A stretch of 32,000 nucleotides of DNA. Origin: Candidatus Brocadia sp. (GTDB lineage Bacteria > Planctomycetota > Brocadiia > Brocadiales > Brocadiaceae). Each line of letters starts with the position of its first letter. The first letter of the stretch is position 1. The stretch is taken from positions 390,001 through 422,000 of the forward strand of contig CP091279.1 in assembly GCA_021650915.1 (NCBI GenBank). Direction: 5' to 3'. The notes under the pieces were generated by a model. That model had not been told where the DNA came from. It ran no database searches and was given only the letters and a program-made list of their open reading frames with translations. The position numbers and the translations under genes were made by a program. Below, one piece after another: positions 29,207-32,000 of the stretch.

Positions 29207-29749
29207 ATGGCAAGACTGATAGAAAAATATAAACAACAAGTTGTACCGCAACTCATTGAAAAGTTTAAATACAAAAATACGATATCTGTGCCAAGGATCC
29301 AAAAGATTGTCGTTAATATGGGGATAGGTCGATCCACAGAAAACAAAAAACTTATAGAAGAGGCGACAAAGCATTTAACGGTAATCACCGGGCAAAAGCC
29401 GCTTGTTACAAAAGCGAAAAAGGCCATCTCTGGTTTTAAGCTCAGAAAAGATCAGGCTATTGGATGCAAGGTAACTCTTCGTGGCAGAAGAATGTATGAG
29501 TTTTTAGACCGGTTAATCAGCATTGTATTGCCAAGGATCAGAGATTTTCGTGGACTTTCCCCAAAGTCGTTTGACGGGAGAGGTAACTACACAATAGGTC
29601 TAACAGAACAGATTGTATTTCCTGAAATAACGATTGAATCAGTTGAATTTGTTCAGGGGATGGATATCACCATAGTAGTAACCGGCAACTCGAATGAACA
29701 ATCTTGCATGTTGTTAAAATTATTAGGGATGCCTTTTAGATTAGAATAG
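29207..29749 (+). CDS. rplE: 50S ribosomal protein L5
   Basis: 180 aa; PRIQKIVVNMGIG and TGQKPLVTKAKKAISGFKLR. Confidence 0.96.
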   Translation: MARLIEKYKQQVVPQLIEKFKYKNTISVPRIQKIVVNMGIGRSTENKKLIEEATKHLTVITGQKPLVTKAKKAISGFKLRKDQAIGCKVTLRGRRMYEFLDRLISIVLPRIRDFRGLSPKSFDGRGNYTIGLTEQIVFPEITIESVEFVQGMDITIVVTGNSNEQSCMLLKLLGMPFRLE

Positions 29750-29758
29750 GGAGCGTGA

Positions 29759-29944
29759 ATGGCAAGAAAATGTCTTATTGAAAAATCGAAAAAAGATCCT
29801 AAATACAAAACGAGACAATATAACCGATGCAAATTATGTGGTCGGCGAAGGGCTTATTTTCGCAGATTTCAAATCTGCAGGCTTTGCTTTAGGAAACTCG
29901 CATCAAAGGGTGAGATTCCCGGGGTTAAGAAAGCCAGTTGGTAG
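29759..29944 (+). CDS. rpsN: 30S ribosomal protein S14, short zinc-binding type (type Z)
   Basis: 61 aa; [39 protein letters not shown] with CxxC...CxxC. Confidence 0.95.
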   Translation: MARKCLIEKSKKDPKYKTRQYNRCKLCGRRRAYFRRFQICRLCFRKLASKGEIPGVKKASW

Positions 29945-30007
29945 AATGGATTTAATTTCTGATTCGTATTAAAAAATACGGTACTTGTATATTTAAGGAA
30001 AAAAATA

Positions 30008-30409
30008 ATGAGTATGACTGATCCAATCTCTGATATGTTTACGCGCATGAGAAATGCCTGCGCGATCAAACGAGAGAGCGTAGATATTCCTGTGTCAAAA
30101 ATCAAGATGGCAGTTTTAAAGATACTAAGAGAAGAAGGGTTTATAAAGGAATTTAAAGAGATATCCGGCGATAACAACAAAGGTATTATTCGGGTTTATC
30201 TCAAATATGGTCCATTAAAACAACCGGTAATCAATAAAATTAACAGGGTTAGTAAGTCAAGCAGGAGAATTTACAGAGGGGCTGATGAGATAACTAAAAT
30301 TTTTGGAGGAATTGGTGTTGCAATTTACTCTACTTCAAAAGGTGTTGTAAGTGATAAGGAATGCAGGAGGCTTAAGATCGGTGGTGAACTTATCGGTATT
30401 GTTACGTAA
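30008..30409 (+). CDS. rpsH: 30S ribosomal protein S8
   Basis: 133 aa; MSMTDPISDMFTRMRNA and the C-terminal GGELIGIV. Confidence 0.96.
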   Translation: MSMTDPISDMFTRMRNACAIKRESVDIPVSKIKMAVLKILREEGFIKEFKEISGDNNKGIIRVYLKYGPLKQPVINKINRVSKSSRRIYRGADEITKIFGGIGVAIYSTSKGVVSDKECRRLKIGGELIGIVT

Positions 30410-30436
30410 TAAGTTCTATCCGGATAGAGGTGGAAT

Positions 30437-31000
30437 ATGTCAAGAATAGGAAAACAACCAATTAAAATACCGAGTGATGTGAAAGTCTCCGTAACGGACA
30501 GCACGGTTAGTTTAGAGGGAGCAAAGGGAAAAATGGTTCAGGCCTTTCACCCTGATGTGCATATTGAATTTCATCAAAATGACAGACAAATGGTGATAAA
30601 GAGGATTTCTGATGAAAAATATTGCAAAGCATTACATGGTTTAACTCGCGCACTTATCGCTAATATGGTATTTGGCGTCACCAAAGGGTTTTCAAAAAAA
30701 CTCGAAATTATTGGGCTTGGGTACAACGCTAAGGTACAGGGAAAAGAACTGGTTTTATCGCTTGGATACACACACCCGGTTCATTTGATAATTCCTCAGG
30801 GAATTAAAGTTGATGTCACGAATCCTACAAACCCCGCGAAACTAACCATTTCCGGTTCCGACAAACAGATGGTTGGCCAGTTTTCTGCAGTGATAAGAGG
30901 CAAAAAGCCGCCGGAGCCATATAAAGGGATGGGAATTAAATATGAGAATGAAGTTATCAGAAGAAAGGCTGGCAAGGCATTTACATCAGGTGCCGCATAG
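30437..31000 (+). CDS. rplF: 50S ribosomal protein L6
   Basis: 187 aa; MSRIGKQPIKIPSDVKV and EPYKGMGIKYENEVIRRKAGK. Confidence 0.96.
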   Translation: MSRIGKQPIKIPSDVKVSVTDSTVSLEGAKGKMVQAFHPDVHIEFHQNDRQMVIKRISDEKYCKALHGLTRALIANMVFGVTKGFSKKLEIIGLGYNAKVQGKELVLSLGYTHPVHLIIPQGIKVDVTNPTNPAKLTISGSDKQMVGQFSAVIRGKKPPEPYKGMGIKYENEVIRRKAGKAFTSGAA

Positions 31001-31020
31001 TTGTTTAAAAAGGATTAATC

Positions 31021-31389
31021 ATGGACCATATTAAAGAAAAATTAAGAAAAAGAACAAGGCGCCATCTTCGAATCAGACAAAAGGTAGTTGGTACGAGTGA
31101 AAGACCGCGCTTAAGCGTTTGCAGGACATTAAAAAATATCTACTGCCAGATTATCAATGATTTGGACGGAAGAACGCTGGTTGCTGCATCTACTCAATCG
31201 CCCGATATCCGTTCGTTGATTCCTTACGGTGGGAATGTTAAAGCTGCAGAGATTGTAGGAAAAAAAATTGCAGAAGAGGCAAAAAAAAAGGGCATTACAA
31301 AAGTTGTTTTTGATAAGGGCGGCTATAAATATCATGGCAGGATAAAGGCATTGGCCGAGAGTGCACGAAAAAACGATTTGAGTTTTTAA
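31021..31389 (+). CDS. rplR: 50S ribosomal protein L18
   Basis: 122 aa; [33 protein letters not shown] and [26 protein letters not shown]. Confidence 0.96.
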   Translation: MDHIKEKLRKRTRRHLRIRQKVVGTSERPRLSVCRTLKNIYCQIINDLDGRTLVAASTQSPDIRSLIPYGGNVKAAEIVGKKIAEEAKKKGITKVVFDKGGYKYHGRIKALAESARKNDLSF

Positions 31390-31417
31390 AGAGTAGATTC
31401 ATAACAAGGAGATTGCT

Positions 31418-31903
31418 TTGGCACGTTTGGATGATCCAATGAATTTGGAAGAAACTGTTGTGCAGGTTAATCGGTGTACAACGGTAACAAAAGGCGGGAA
31501 ATCGATGAGTTTCAGTGCTCTTGTGGTTGTTGGTGATAAAAAGGGCAGTGTAGGCATTGGATTTGGGAAGGCGAGGGAAGTGCCCAATGCTGTCAGTAAA
31601 GCAGTTAAAGAAGCTAAAAAGCAGATGGTAAAAATTCCTTTGAAGGGCGATACAATACCGCATATGAGCTGGGGAAGATTTAAAGCTGCAAATATTTTTT
31701 TAAAGCCTGCATCGCCAGGTACCGGTTTAAAAGCAGGGGCTTCGGCGAGAGCGGTTCTCGAATTGGCTGGCATAAAAAATATTTTGTCAAAATGTTTTGG
31801 AAAGAGAAATCCGCTCAATGTGGCTAAGGCAACATTGATGGGCTTAAAGGCCTTAAGGACAAAGGAAGAGATTGGCGCGCTACGGGGGGTGAAGATAGAA
31901 TGA
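31418..31903 (+). CDS. rpsE: 30S ribosomal protein S5
   Basis: 161 aa; VVQVNRCTTVTKGGKSMSFSALVVVGDKKGSVGIGFGKAREVPNA. The TTG start is supported by SD aaggaga 5 nt upstream. Confidence 0.94.
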   Translation: MARLDDPMNLEETVVQVNRCTTVTKGGKSMSFSALVVVGDKKGSVGIGFGKAREVPNAVSKAVKEAKKQMVKIPLKGDTIPHMSWGRFKAANIFLKPASPGTGLKAGASARAVLELAGIKNILSKCFGKRNPLNVAKATLMGLKALRTKEEIGALRGVKIE

Positions 31904-32000
31904 ATTTCATGGATATAAAGGCTTTGCCTTTTGAAAGAAAACGAAAGAAACGGGTCGGGCGTGGTCGAGGATCAGGCATGGGAAAGACCTCATGCAGAGG
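31900..32000 (+). CDS. rplO: 50S ribosomal protein L15, 5' part (runs off the window)
   Basis: Hand translation from ATG 31900, which overlaps the rpsE stop as ATGA, gives MNFMDIKALPFERKRKKRVGRGRGSGMGKTSCRG. This is the L15 KRVGRG-GSG-GKT motif. No L30 gene intervenes. Confidence 0.88.
   Translation, partial: MNFMDIKALPFERKRKKRVGRGRGSGMGKTSCR

Noticed and set aside
31900-31903. Missing rpmD (L30) between rpsE and rplO
   Set aside because: The rpsE stop and rplO start overlap as ATGA, so no L30 gene exists here. L30 is known to be absent from several bacterial lineages, so this is not considered unusual.
1-32000. Scan for CRISPR repeats, defence or toxin-antitoxin gene pairs, integrases, prophage genes, and large tandem or inverted repeats
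   Set aside because: None was seen. Apart from the tuf duplication and short palindromes, every ORF of meaningful size is accounted for by a housekeeping gene or by a shadow frame of one.

Overview
This window is almost entirely core translation and transcription machinery. I found no CRISPR array, defence island, toxin-antitoxin pair or prophage.

**Left part, minus strand**
- At 1-105 is the 5' end of a leftward gene whose N-terminus looks transposase-like. That resemblance is from memory only.
- A housekeeping block follows: an IMPase-family gene, purC, a J-domain/TPR protein and a LolC/E-type permease.
- aroC lies divergently on the plus strand.

**From about 5.6 kb to the right edge, plus strand**
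Everything is co-directional with very short gaps, in this order:
- tRNA-Thr(UGU), tRNA-Tyr(GUA), tRNA-Gly(UCC), tRNA-Thr(GGU)
- tuf, rpmG, tRNA-Trp(CCA), secE, nusG
- rplK, rplA, rplJ, rplL, rpoB, rpoC
- rpsL, rpsG, fusA, and a second tuf
- the S10 and spc ribosomal-protein genes, rpsJ through rpsE, then the start of rplO. There is no rpmD.

**Main observation: the two EF-Tu genes**
- They form a 1210-bp repeat that appears perfect. The check was translations in four frames plus spot checks by eye. The repeat edges coincide with the CDS.
- Their codon usage differs sharply from every neighbouring gene. Codons are overwhelmingly G- or purine-ending: ACG, GCG, CCG, GTG, TTG, AAG, GAG, AGG and ATA.
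- This makes the sense strand purine-rich and dense in Shine-Dalgarno-like motifs, and it leaves long stop-free antisense frames.
- The bias collapses in the last 20 codons.

**Smaller oddities**
- EF-Tu carries a CxCx4CxxC insertion.
- rplD contains a run of 11 G.
- rpsC and rplP overlap out of frame by 47-56 nt.
- secE and nusG are separated by an unusually long AT-rich spacer.
- L33, S14 and L24 are all the four-cysteine forms.

All product calls rest on reading the supplied translations and on hand inspection. No database search was possible, and the taxon cannot be assigned from this window alone.
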